Shown: piece after piece, positions 1 through 10,885 of the stretch
How positions within the stretch are numbered: the first letter of the stretch is position 1
Layout: every line of letters begins with the position of its first letter
NCBI RefSeq assembly: GCF_024521635.1
Contig: NW_026250431.1
Span: 372,001-436,000, forward strand
DNA: 64,000 nt
Source: Tricharina praecox
Lineage: Eukaryota
Reading direction: 5' to 3'
The notes under the pieces: model-generated
The model's input: the letters and a program-made list of their open reading frames with translations, nothing else
What the model was told of the DNA's origin: nothing
The model's database searches: none
Position numbers and translations under genes: made by a program

Positions 1-291
1 GGACGTGGTGACTCCGGAGTCACATGCGAATCGCATCGTACCCTCCATTAAAGCATCAAATACATTAGGCAGATGAGCAAGTCAGTTGTGCGGACTCCGG
101 AGTAGCAAGCAAATAGTATCCTACCCTCCATTAAAGCATTAAAATACACGTCGCCCTCTTGCAGCCACCCAATGCTCCCACTATTCGTCGGCACGGCGCG
201 CGTGTTCAATCTAAGTCTGAACGACCGAAGGAGAGGTATAGGTAGAATTTGAACGAAAAAAACAACAAATAAACAGAACACAACGCAACGA

Positions 292-1961
292 TTATAGCTC
301 ATCCTTCTTGCTGTGGGCGATATCGTCCGCCGCAGCGACCACCTTCTTCAACAGCTCCTCGCGGATCTCGTCCTCGTCCACCACGTTACCGCCATCGAAC
401 GGATCAGTGACGGCGCCGCTCTTCATCCCCTCGATGAGCGCGTCCACATCCGACTCCTTGACCGTCCCCGCCGTCGTGGCGGTCGTGGTGTGCGTGTGCC
501 CGCCCATCCCCGGAATCGGCGGCAACATGTCGCTGATGCCCTGCAGCCCCGTGAGGCCTCCGCGGGCAACGAATACCATCTGCAGCAGGGCGGCGAAGAC
601 GACGACGGCGATCAAGCTGAGCAGCACGGAGATGGCCGTCTGTCTCAGCACGGCGCCTGACCGCAGCAGCGTGTACCCGCGGCCCTTCCCCGAGTCGATC
701 AGCGGCAGGGTATGCACCACGACGGTGTTGCCGATGCTAGTAGTAGCCACGCGTATGACGTGTTGCTGCGGGGCCTGCGGCGTCTCCTCGTCTTCGGCGT
801 CGTGCGTGACTACTGGAGGCTCCGGCGCCGGGGAAAATACCACTTTCGAGATCTGGAAGGGGTGTAGGTCTTTGAACACGTGGGCGGTGTGTAGCCGTGC
901 GGCGTCTTCGGCGACGAGGATTTCGACGCTCTGGTCTGCGCCTGCAACGGCGATGGCGCCCTCGCCGCCGGTGGGAGAGAGCGATACCACGTCCAGACTC
1001 GTCACCGCGCCGACCCCCTTGTGGAGTTTCCTGCGTGCCACGATTCCGCCGCTGGTGGCATCGAGGAGGAGGATTTCTGAGCCGCTGCGCTGCGGGGCGT
1101 TGATGACGGCTACCATACGCTCGCGGCTAAGGAACCGGATCGCCCGCAGAGTCCCCGGGATCGCCGGCGTGGTCTGGAAGTTGAGTTTCTTAGGTGTAGA
1201 TGCTCCGGATCCGGCGGTGGTAAAGATCTCCTTCGACGTGCAGTAGACAAGTGTGCCATCCTCGGCCAGATCCAGATCCGCCACCTCGGTCTCTGTGGAG
1301 ATCCGGCGCTTCACCGCGAAATCGTCGGTAGAAACAACGACGACTTCGAACCCGCTCTTCCCGCCTCCACTCGCCGCCGCCGCTAGTGACCCCCGAGTCC
1401 GCAGCACGCGTTGGTAAACATCCGTCGTCGTCGGCGTAAACAGCTGCCCCCTCGAGACGGGCGAGATGGCGTTATCGCTCCCGGCGGCAACAGAGAATAC
1501 ACGGAAGTGTTCGTTCGTGCCCTCGCGCTGCTGAGCCTCGGAGCTATTGATGCCAGCGAGCAGCAGCGGCTGCGCGGTCTTTCCTTTCGACTTCTTCTTC
1601 GAGATCGGAGCTCTCGCGACGACCAGGGTCATGCACGAGTCCTCAGACGCGCTCAAGTCGTGCTGCGAGAGCTGCTGGATATTGGTGGTAGTAGCCGACT
1701 GGGCGGCGGTGGATTTCGAGACGTCGAGGAGAGTCTGCGGGCGGGGCGGCGTCAGCGCGTCAGCAATCGTGCAATCGTGCAAGGTCGTCGTCAAGTCAAA
1801 GACGAAAGGAGCACAGCGGAGCAGCGCACGATTCTGTTCCCGACGCCACTACGACCTTCACCACCTCCCCCGCCCACCACCAGGCGGTCCGCATCGAGGA
1901 AGTCCGCGCAGAACAGCGGGTACGTGAGCGTGATCTTTTCGCTTGTGGGTGAGGAGGGCAT
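292..1961 (-). CDS. SEC12: Sec12/Sed4-family Sar1 guanine-nucleotide exchange factor (beta-propeller, one TM, C-terminal KDEL); exons 1961-1830 and 1734-292
   Basis: Exon 1 reads MPSSPTSEKITLTYPLFCADFLDADRLVVGGGGGEGRSGVGNRI, the Sec12 N-terminal GGGG.G.SGV.N.I K-loop. Intron 1829-1735 (GTGCGC...GCTGAC...CAG) joins it in frame to TLLDVS; HPFQISKVVFSP motif, TM ISVLLSLIAVVVFAALLQMVFV, ends KKDEL*. Confidence 0.85.
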
Positions 1962-2527
1962 GGCGTATGTGTACGTGTGTATGTGTGCGTATGCGGTAGA
2001 TAGGTTGCAGCGGCGACGGGATGTATGGGAGGTGTTTTGGTGGCTTCAAGGGACTCAAACAGACGTAGGTCTCTCTCTCCTGAGTTGTGCTGCGTGGCTT
2101 AACGGGATTGACTTGTGATCAGCTTGGCAGCCTGATGTCATTTCATAATATGCCACTCGGAATGACTAAGCTTGGAACCTGCTGAAAGCTTATCAGGCAG
2201 TTCTGCCTCCCATAGATTCGGGAAAGAAGAACCAAGAGAGTCAAAGGATCAGATCACGGTTAGAAGGTCCTTACTGATTGCAGATGCTGTGGGCCATCGT
2301 ACAGTTGCTGTCAACAAAGGACGTGAGAAGATGGTCACTCACCTCCCAGCACTTCATGCATGATCACCCGTGCCAAGAATCCACTCCATTCGGCACCAAC
2401 TCCACTTAGCGTCACGCATTCGAGTAAAGTAGAGTATCTGACAGTTTCGCGTACACCGGCCACTCCTCCAACACCGCGACCTCACCCAAACCTACGATCC
2501 CACACACATCCCCACCTATCCGCCACC

Positions 2528-3650
2528 ATGGACTTCGCCTCGATCCTCTCCTCGGAGATCTCCAAGAAGCGCAAAGAATCGCCCACCTCTAGCGCTACCA
2601 CCACCACGACAAGCAGCAGTACCACCACCACCGCGCCCAAATCCAAATACCTCAAGCGGTCCGAGCTCGAAGCGGCGCGCGAGAGCGAGTACGTGCGGCG
2701 ACAGCGGGAGGTCGCGGCAGTGCGGGCAGGCAAGGCTGCGGCCAAGGCTGCCGAGGAGGAGGCAGCGGCGGCGAAGCGCGAGGAGGCGCGGGAGAAGCAG
2801 CGGCGGCTTGCGGAGGAGCGCAGGAAGCGCGAGGAGGAGTTGAGGAGGGAGCGCGAGGGAACGGGGGATAAGCCCGAGAAACAGGCGAATAAGGAGGGCG
2901 AGGAGATGACTGAGGAGACCGCGGTCAGGCTGCTCAGGGAGCTGGGGCACCCCGCTAGGCTGTTCGGTGAGAGCACTATTGGAAGGGTCAAAAGGTGTAA
3001 GCGCATCGTGGCGAATCATGAGGCTGCGAAGGATCCGCTCGATTCACCGCCGCCGCTGATTTCCGAGGAGGAGATGCGCGTGAAGTTGGAGAATGTCAAG
3101 GATGATCCCGAGCTGGTGTATAGACAGCTGGATGCGTGGTTCAGGCTCGTGCTGAAGGAGTGGAGGAGGGCGCTGGATGAGCGGCCGCTATCGGTCAAAG
3201 AGAGCTTTCAGGGGAGGAAGGCGGAAGACGCGATGAAGCAGGCAGAGGAGTACATGAAACCTCTGTTCCGACATTTCAAGCAGAAGGACCTCAAGGCGAA
3301 TGTCTTTGAGAAGGTGTGTGAGATCGTGGTGGAGGCTCAGGCAAGGAGATATGTCAAGGCGAACGATGTCTATTTGAAGCTGAGTATTGGAAACGCGTCT
3401 GTTCCTCTCTCCTCCACTTCACCCGAGACGATGCTGACTGGCGGGATATAGTGCATGGCCCATCGGAGTCACCATGGTTGGTATCCACGAGCGATCCGCA
3501 CGAGAGAAGTTGCACGAGAACCAGAAGGACGGCGCGGCGCACATCATGAGCGACGAGGTGACGAGGAAGTTCCTGCAGAGCATCAAGCGCTGTTTGAGCT
3601 TCTGCCAGACCAGATGGCCGCCGGAGGATCCCCTGCAGTTGATGGGATGA
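2528..3650 (+). CDS. PRP18: Pre-mRNA splicing factor Prp18; exons 2528-3396 and 3452-3650
   Basis: MDFASILSSEI start; PRP4-like LRELGHPARLFGE; intron 3397-3451 restores [29 protein letters not shown], the conserved Prp18 loop. Confidence 0.95.
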
Positions 3651-4033
3651 GGAAGATCGTTTTTTGTATTCGCATTTTATGGAGTTTATCAATTCATGGT
3701 GAATCAGTACCTTAGATAGCAGCCTATCCGATGGGTACAGAACGAAAGTTCTCCTGGAGTTCTCCAAAGATGAGGCTTGAAAGGTCATTTTCTCCCAATC
3801 ACTAGACGAGTGACTGGCAACCAGTTTGAGCAATCTGTCAAGTTAATGAAATATTCTATGCATGTGGTATGTACACATTTCGGTAAGCAATAGGATGTCG
3901 CAGAACAGAAAGCCCAAAAAAACGGCACGGCCATTCGACGGACCGAACAGTGGCCACGACAATCCTCCGTTGCGTCATCCCTCATATTATTATTACACGC
4001 GTAGTCGCATCCACCGGGCCATTACCCATCCAC

Positions 4034-4420
4034 TCAATCTTCCAACAGAGCATTGAGCTGCTCGTCCTCGTCCTCCTCCGCCTTCCCCTCCTCCTCCTCG
4101 AGCCTCTTCATCTCTTCCCTGGCGCGGCGGCGCGCCTTCGCGCCCCACCCCGTTTCCTCGCCATCACTGTCCATCTCGTCCGGCCGCAGCGCCGTCTTGC
4201 CCGTGGCGGCCATCGAGTCGCCGTCCGCGTCGTCGCCAACCTCGCGGTCGTGGTCCAATGCTTGAAATTTCGCGGACAACTTCAGCATGTATGGTCGCAG
4301 CAGGAGGTACGCGCCGAGGAAGGTGATCGTGCGCAGCAGCGTCGCCAAGCTGTATTCCCGCCCGAGGAGCGTCATCGTGCGCGCGGCAACGTCGTAGCCG
4401 AATTCCAGGTGGTTGACCAT
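4034..4420 (-). CDS. PGA2: PGA2-like ER trafficking membrane protein (128 aa)
   Basis: ATG after a CCA-rich leader; LLRTITFLGAYLLLRPY resembles the PGA2 TM motif; GWGAKARRR and an acidic tail follow. Confidence 0.7.
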   Translation of the reverse strand: MVNHLEFGYDVAARTMTLLGREYSLATLLRTITFLGAYLLLRPYMLKLSAKFQALDHDREVGDDADGDSMAATGKTALRPDEMDSDGEETGWGAKARRRAREEMKRLEEEEGKAEEDEDEQLNALLED

Positions 4421-5485
4421 TTTGGGCGGTGGTGATGGTGGTGGCGGTGGTGGTGGTAGTGATGGCGGTGTTGGTGTTGGTGGGAAATGGGAAGGAAGGA
4501 TGAGGACGATGGCGAAGGATGGGGACGATGGCGAAGGATGGAGAAATCTGTATAGACGGCGATGAGGCGCTTGGGCACGTGTGGATGGATAATACTTCTC
4601 GAGCACGGCGACACCCAAAAGATTTCCGCGCTATATACGCAAAGCTACCGATGGTTCGCTGCGGGATTTTCTCCGGATACCATGCCGAGAATCGGCCATC
4701 CTTGAACAGTCAGTTACAGCCGACGTTGTACTCTATGTTTGCACGCCGTTCCCCGGTTGTTCCGTGAGGACACCTGGCCCGCCGTCATGCTTCTGATCTC
4801 GAACCTTCCGTGCAAATGGTAAGCCCTTGCCATGTAGCCCGAGGGTTTGCCGCAACGCCGACCCGGCTCCTCTATGGCTGTCCTGGCGCTCAGGGCCGCG
4901 GTTTGTATAGAGTTCCGAGGAGCCGATAACCGCATGCTGGACACGCGCAAAGGCCAACGAAACACCACAAATTCCTACTACGAAGCTGCTTTGATGTGTG
5001 GACGCCAGCCCGCCCACAATCTCCACAAACGCAACCTTCTCCTCCCGATCCGTTAGGCGGTACTCTCTAGCCATCTCCATCCGCATGCCTCCATTGAGCC
5101 CAACCTTTCCCCGGTGCCTCAAACTCCAGCGTATCTAGTAACCGTCCCGCAAGAGTGGCTTTTACCACCGCTAACGGGAGCACTCATGATGAATACCTAT
5201 CCGTGGACCGTTTGGGTGAAGGTGAATATTTGGGGGCATTGATGGGCCTCGGGAATTGAAGACGGAAGAACTAGCCATGGTAAACTGTATACATATAGGA
5301 AAGCCGAGCTGCGATGCGGAGCTGCAACTTGGCCGGGATTGATGTTTCGCAGAAGGCGGGCCGCGGTTCCCCCAGTCGGACTAACCCACCACGGTCCCAC
5401 ATCCCTGCCCCGCCCACCATCTCCGCGTCTCCATCCCCACCACCGCACCACCACCACCGCACCACCACCCCGCACCTCTCCCAAT

Positions 5486-6263
5486 ATGCCCCCAAAAGCC
5501 ATAATCGCGCCCTCGATCCTCGCGTCGGACTTCGGCCAGCTCTCGCACGAATGCTCTCGCATCATCGGGCAGGGCGCTGACTGGCTACACATCGACATCA
5601 TGGACGGGCACTTTGTTCCGAACATCACGATCGGCGCGCCGGTAGTGACGTGCATCCGCGGCTCCGTCGAGCGCTCCCAGGACTGGTCGAAGGGCGTCTT
5701 CGACTGCCACATGATGGTCGCCGAGCCCCAGCGCTGGCTCGAGGACTTCAAGAAGGCTGGCTGCGACCTCTACTGCTTCCACTACGAGGCCGCCGAGACG
5801 TCGAAGGCCCCGCATACCCCCAGCTCGGAATTGATCAGGCAAGTGCATGCGCTCGGGTTGAAGGCGGGCGTCGCCATCAAGCCGGATACCCCAGTGGATG
5901 TGCTGTTCCCGCTGCTGGATGGTGACGACGAAAAGCCCGATGTATGCCCTCCGCCCTCCGCCCCTCGGCCCCCAAAAACACGCATGCTGACGGCGATAGA
6001 TGGTACTGGTAATGACCGTGGAACCCGGCTTCGGCGGCCAGAAGTTCCAGCATCGTTGCATGCCCAAGGTCGAAGCGCTGAGGAAGCGGTATCCGGAGCT
6101 CGACATTGAGGTTGACGGAGGCTTGGGATTGGAAACCATTGATGTTGCTGCCGAGGCGGGTGCCAATGTTATCGTCGCCGGAACGGCCGTTTTTGGTGCG
6201 GCCGATCCTAGCGAGGTCATTGCGAAGCTGAAGAGTGTGGTCGAGAAGAACTTGGTGAGGTAG
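5486..6263 (+). CDS. RPE1: Ribulose-phosphate 3-epimerase; exons 5486-5941 and 6000-6263
   Basis: [58 protein letters not shown]; intron 5942-5999 GTATGC...GCTGAC...TAG. Confidence 0.97.
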
Positions 6264-7289
6264 ACGGTGGTGCGAGCGGGATTGAGGTGTTCTCCAGCAT
6301 GTGGAGAAATCATAGCATGAATTCAATCCTACTTTCATCTGGAGCAAGAAAATACCGAGCATCTACGGGCAGGTCTGTGCATTTTCATCGCGGGCAATCG
6401 TCCAGGGAAAGGCTTTCGTTGCACTGTTCCTAGGATCTGGAGATCATATCCAGCGTGCTGGAGTAGCCATACATCCATCAAGTTCTGCAGATACGAAACC
6501 ATAGACCTGTCACCTGTACGTGCGATTCTGTTTACCGTTGAACCTGACTATTGTCGACGGGTCGTCGTGTTCTCCTTCGGTGAAATGTCTTCTCAATTCA
6601 GAATTCATCACCGTCAGGATATGTCCACTCGCCTGAAGCTGCGAAGAACGAAATCCGCAACACGGACAGGGAGAGCCTCGAAGTGCATATGTATGTACGC
6701 ACTCGGCCGTCAATGATACGAATACTACTACCAGGCTCGATCGAGGAGGGCGTCGGATACGGTGCTGGTATGTACATACCTATCAGCAGTAGGTGATGTT
6801 GCAACGAAGGAGTGTAAGCTAACCTCTTCGCCAGGCTGGAGAGCGACGCCCGGGCTACAGTACTCTTCCGCTCTTTCATTCCCAGAATCCCAGTTGCACG
6901 CATATCCTCCTTCACCACTACCGGCAGCAGCAGTTGCAATGACGATAACCCCAATCTCTTGAACGTCTCAGCTTAGTCCTGTCCACTCCATGCCCTAGCT
7001 TCTGGCGAAACAACGTCATTCACGGGGAACTGGGGGCACAGGACTACAAGTACTGGGTGTGGAACTTGGTAGGTATTACCAGCAATAATAGAACATCGAG
7101 TTCGCATTAAACCGTAATAATCAAGACGTCATCCAGCCGAAAAAACGCCTCGAGAATCCCCACCCACATCCCCTCCCCTCCCCTCCCCTCCCCTCCCATC
7201 ACCCATTACCCATAAGCACATAATCAATCAATCAACCCTCCTCCCCCCTCCCCCCCATCATATTCCCGCCTATCCCCCAACCTCTGCGC

Positions 7290-7633
7290 ACTCTGCGCAC
7301 TCTTAATCATGATCTAACTAACATAGTTCCCCTACGGCCGCGATGCCAACAATTATGATAACCATCGGGATGCGGATCGTCCACACGCGCGGCGGGGCGG
7401 GAAAAAGTTGTGCAGCGCGAGGTTCTGGTCTACGAATGGCTGCCGGGCGGGGGGGGCGTTAGTGGACACTGGAGGGGTTGGAGGGGATCGATGGAAGGGC
7501 TGGGGGGCTGCGGAAGGATGGGGAAGGAAGGGGAAAGAGGGTGTGGAAGGAAAAAGGGTGGTACATACCATGAACAGCGTCCAGACTGTGTAGTACCTAC
7601 ATGAAAACGACGGTGGCAGTGAATAGGTAGCAT
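7290..7633 (-). pseudogene. DPM2: Frameshifted copy of DPM2 (dolichol-phosphate-mannose synthase regulatory subunit)
   Basis: Stitching frames gives ML/LFTATVVFM/YYTVWTLFM, then intron 7568-7440 (GTATGT...CTAAC...CAG), then PFVDQNLALHNFFPPR/VWTIRIPMVIIIVGIAAVG/NYVS*IMIKSAQ. This matches the DPM2 pattern YYT.W.L.MPFVD....L..FFPPR.WAIRIP but is broken by several small insertions. Confidence 0.8.
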
Positions 7634-7740
7634 GGTGACGCGGGCGGGTTGCGTGAGCTGCTGGTGCTGGTGGGGTGGGGTGGGCTACGTCCCGCCCGCC
7701 CGCCCGCTCGCCCGCTACGGTCTCGGCCTCCCTCCGTGGG

Positions 7741-8360
7741 ATGAGGGTGTTACACATTGACTACAGTGGGCTGGAAACACGGCTTATACACACTGGATAT
7801 GGGCATCTAAATGGACTATTGGCAGCAATCGAGGGAACACTGATGCAGTCTATTGCCCTAGATTATCAGAGACAGTGAGAGAATGACTCTAGCCACTAAG
7901 CAGGATTGACCGAAAGTTAGTCTACGAATCGATAGTGAGTTATGAAATATCCAAAGTTGGAGCACAAGGTCATTACGTGCTCTGTATTGTACCCAGCGAG
8001 CTGGCAACATTATACCCTGGACATAGATATCAGAATGGATACAACTGTCACCGTATTATCAGCAGCCATTAAGTAAGAGGGACAATGAAGAAGTCCATCT
8101 GTCATAATATCACGAACCTCCGTGTACCGCATCATGCGAGATCACTCTCTATGTCGAGAGACTTCCGTTATCCGTTCTGACGGGAGGTGGCGAGCGGCCT
8201 CTATCCGAGGCACCTCCGCCTTCCTGTACATGTGTCTTTCCTCCTGCTGTGTCTGATACACTGTACACTACTTCAGAATACCACTTTTCTTGACACAATC
8301 TACAAACTAGGTACGTGTGATAGCTGGTGATTGCAACTCATCACCACGAGGTGGTGTTGG
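7741..8360 (+). mobile_element. Possible highly decayed LINE (APE endonuclease) relic
   Basis: 8317-8354 reads VIAGDCNS then, after a frameshift, HH.RW, like the IAGDFNAHH..W motif of LINE endonucleases; MRVLHID at 7741 weakly resembles the ORF2 start. No long ORF survives. Confidence 0.3.
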
Positions 8361-8793
8361 TTTCCGAAACGGTCAGCTTGCTCGTACCAATTGCTGGCCC
8401 AGCTAGTCACTCCTCATCCACACTACGTAGTAGCAGGTGGCTTGTCATGATCTTTCACCACGTTGAAATTAAAGAGGATGAGAAGAAGCGACTGAGATAA
8501 TGGGACTGATCATCGCTTCGAAGTGATGCCGAAATAAAATGCACCACTATATACAAGCTGAGAATAACTGCAGCATGGGAATCATTTGGTTTTTTTGGTT
8601 TGTAGGAGCATGTGGAATCCGTCATAAATCACGATTAAGGGCACCGGTCAGTAAGTGGATATGCCTCCAACCACGCCACACGCTCCCAAAAAAAAATCGA
8701 CTACAACAACGAGCGAAGATTTCATTCAGTATCTACTACCTGACTCTTCTCATATCCCAGTTTTCCGCCTTTCCATCCCCTTCCTTTCTCTTC

Positions 8794-9863
8794 CTACTCC
8801 TCCCTCCATTTCAACGCATTCTCCCAAGTATCCTGCAGCTTGAGATACGCTACGATCGCCGTGAGCTCATGTCTGGAGTAATCCCTCGCTCTAACAGCGA
8901 CCGCCACGCCATCATTGCCGCCCAGGTATTTCGCGACCTCGGAGACCAAAAAGCGCGCACAAGCGACGACATGATCCGACACGAGCTGTCTCGCGTCGGC
9001 CTCATTCTTGACGATTGCCGAGAACCCCGGCTGCTGCGCGAGAGCATCGAGCGTGCGCTGCACTCCTTCACCTTCCCCGTAGGAGTACGGCACGCACTGG
9101 TTCAGAGAGGCGTGGAAGGCGATCCGTTCTGGTTTGGAAATATGGGTTTAGTGTGTGTGGGAGAGAGGAACGGGGAGGAAAGGACAAATGTTACGTACCG
9201 AGTGCACCGCGCGTATTGAACTTGCTGCGGAGACGCAGATTGTCGTCGAACAGGCGAAGCGCCTCGCCCTGCCAACCAATAACATGTCAGAAACCCGTTC
9301 AACGTAAGTACATAGGGGAATAGGTAGGTACAGACCTTGATATGCTCTCCCAGTGCAACCGCAGCATCCCTCTCTTGACGGCACTCGCCAACGAGGGCAG
9401 CATCCCTCTCCTGACGGCACTCACCAACGAGCGCGGCAATCGCCGCATGGAGCTGGCTAAACTTATCACTTGCATCATCGGGCCGAGCCTTGACAACTTC
9501 AACTTCGGCCTCAGTTCCGGTATCCTCCTTGGTATCCTCGCAGCGGCTGACGTCCGCCACCGAGATATCGATCTCGATATCATTACACCGCCGGTCGGGA
9601 CCGTATCTGTATCTGTAGCCGCGCAGGTATAGGTAGCTCTCGCCGGGATATCCCTCAAAAACTTCGTGGGAGTCGACCAGGGCAGCGTCCAGGTCAGCGT
9701 CCAGGTCAGCGTCCAGGTCAGTGATCCAGTGTGAGCTTCTCAGAAGATTGTGCTGAGGACGGTGAAGAGATCTACGGAGGGGAACGGGAATAGGAACAGG
9801 ACGGCGTAGGGACATGCGGAGAGAGCTGCGGAGAGCTCCTCCCAGAAAGAGACTTCCGAACAT
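8794..9863 (-). CDS. Lineage-specific protein of unknown function, 3 exons (9863-9336, 9268-9199, 9128-8794), with a presequence-like N-terminus
   Basis: Introns 9335-9269 and 9198-9129 with branch sites join one stop-free frame ...ALGEHIK/GEALRLFDDNLRLRSKFNTRGAL/ERIAFHASL...LKLQDTWENALKWREE*. The first ~48 aa are Arg/Ser/Leu-rich with no acidic residue. Confidence 0.7.
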
Positions 9864-10507
9864 CGTATAGGTAGTTAGGTAGGATGAGGTGTGAGAATCG
9901 AGAGTAGGAAGGAAGCGGAGGACTGATGATCGATCGTAGTCGTGGTTCGAAGGGCTCTGGATGGAAGGGAAGGAAGAATATGTCCGTTCGTTCGCATCTT
10001 TAATAGCTATAGGAAGAAGCTGGTCGAGGGTGACGCTAGCATAGGCTACTCACAATACTCACAACATTGTACTCACAGTACTCAAAATACTGTACTCACA
10101 CGGACACTCCTCTGAGTGTGAGTGTGAGTGTGAGTGCGAGTGTTGATTCTTCCTACATGGTATGTCACTCGCTGTTACTGCTTGTCACGTGTTTGTTTCA
10201 CGGTTTGTCATATGGTCTCTCTCTTGTTTAGTCATGTAAGTAGGTATATTTGCTCTCTCGTTAGACAGTGAGTCCCGTATGTAAGTTGTTCGTGGGTTGG
10301 ATTGGCCCGCTGGAGGCCTCGTCACGTGGCATATCTACACAAGTATTCACATTCCGGAAGTGGCGGTGGAGGTGCACCAAACGCCACGGTCAGATGTGGC
10401 GGTGGCAGTAATGTAGCGAGGGCTCCACTCTCATCCGATTGAGGGTTTAGGTGTGGTCAATCTGGCAGGCGGTTTTAGAGTGTCCCAGCGCAGGGTTTTG
10501 GGGGCAA

Positions 10508-10885
10508 TCACCAATCATGCATCAATATGATATCCTCACACCTCCCGCGTAACTGCAGCCAAAGCGCCTGATCAATCTCCCTACCCAGCACCGCACAAAA
10601 CTTCCGTTGCTTATTATTTCCCGACATGAACCCGACCCTGCCTAACCATAGGTATAGCCGGGACAGTCATTCCAAGAAAGCAGTCTCGGCGCGTCGCCGC
10701 GATCGAGCTCTCAGCACACTCTTCAGCAGCAACCGGCGTAGAGCGGCTAGTGAGACCAGGTCGCAGATTGCTCGGATCGCCCGTGAGGTGCCCCGGAGAT
10801 CTAGGTACTCGTGGATTCCCGGAAGGGCATCGATGATCTCGAGCGTGATCTCGGGAGGCACTGGGAAGCTGGATCGAGGTTCCAT
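10508..10885 (-). pseudogene. F-box-like family copy A, with a premature TGA
   Basis: PPEITLEIIDALPGIHEYLDLRGTSRAIRAICD is F-box-like and nearly identical to 40195-40593. TGG->TGA at 10667-10669; the frame continues homologously to a CGA->TGA near 10508. Confidence 0.65.

Noticed and set aside
10667..10669. Premature TGA in F-box-like copy A as an A-to-I editing-restored codon
   Set aside because: A second stop (CGA->TGA) and other transitions fit ordinary decay better; it cannot be tested without cDNA.
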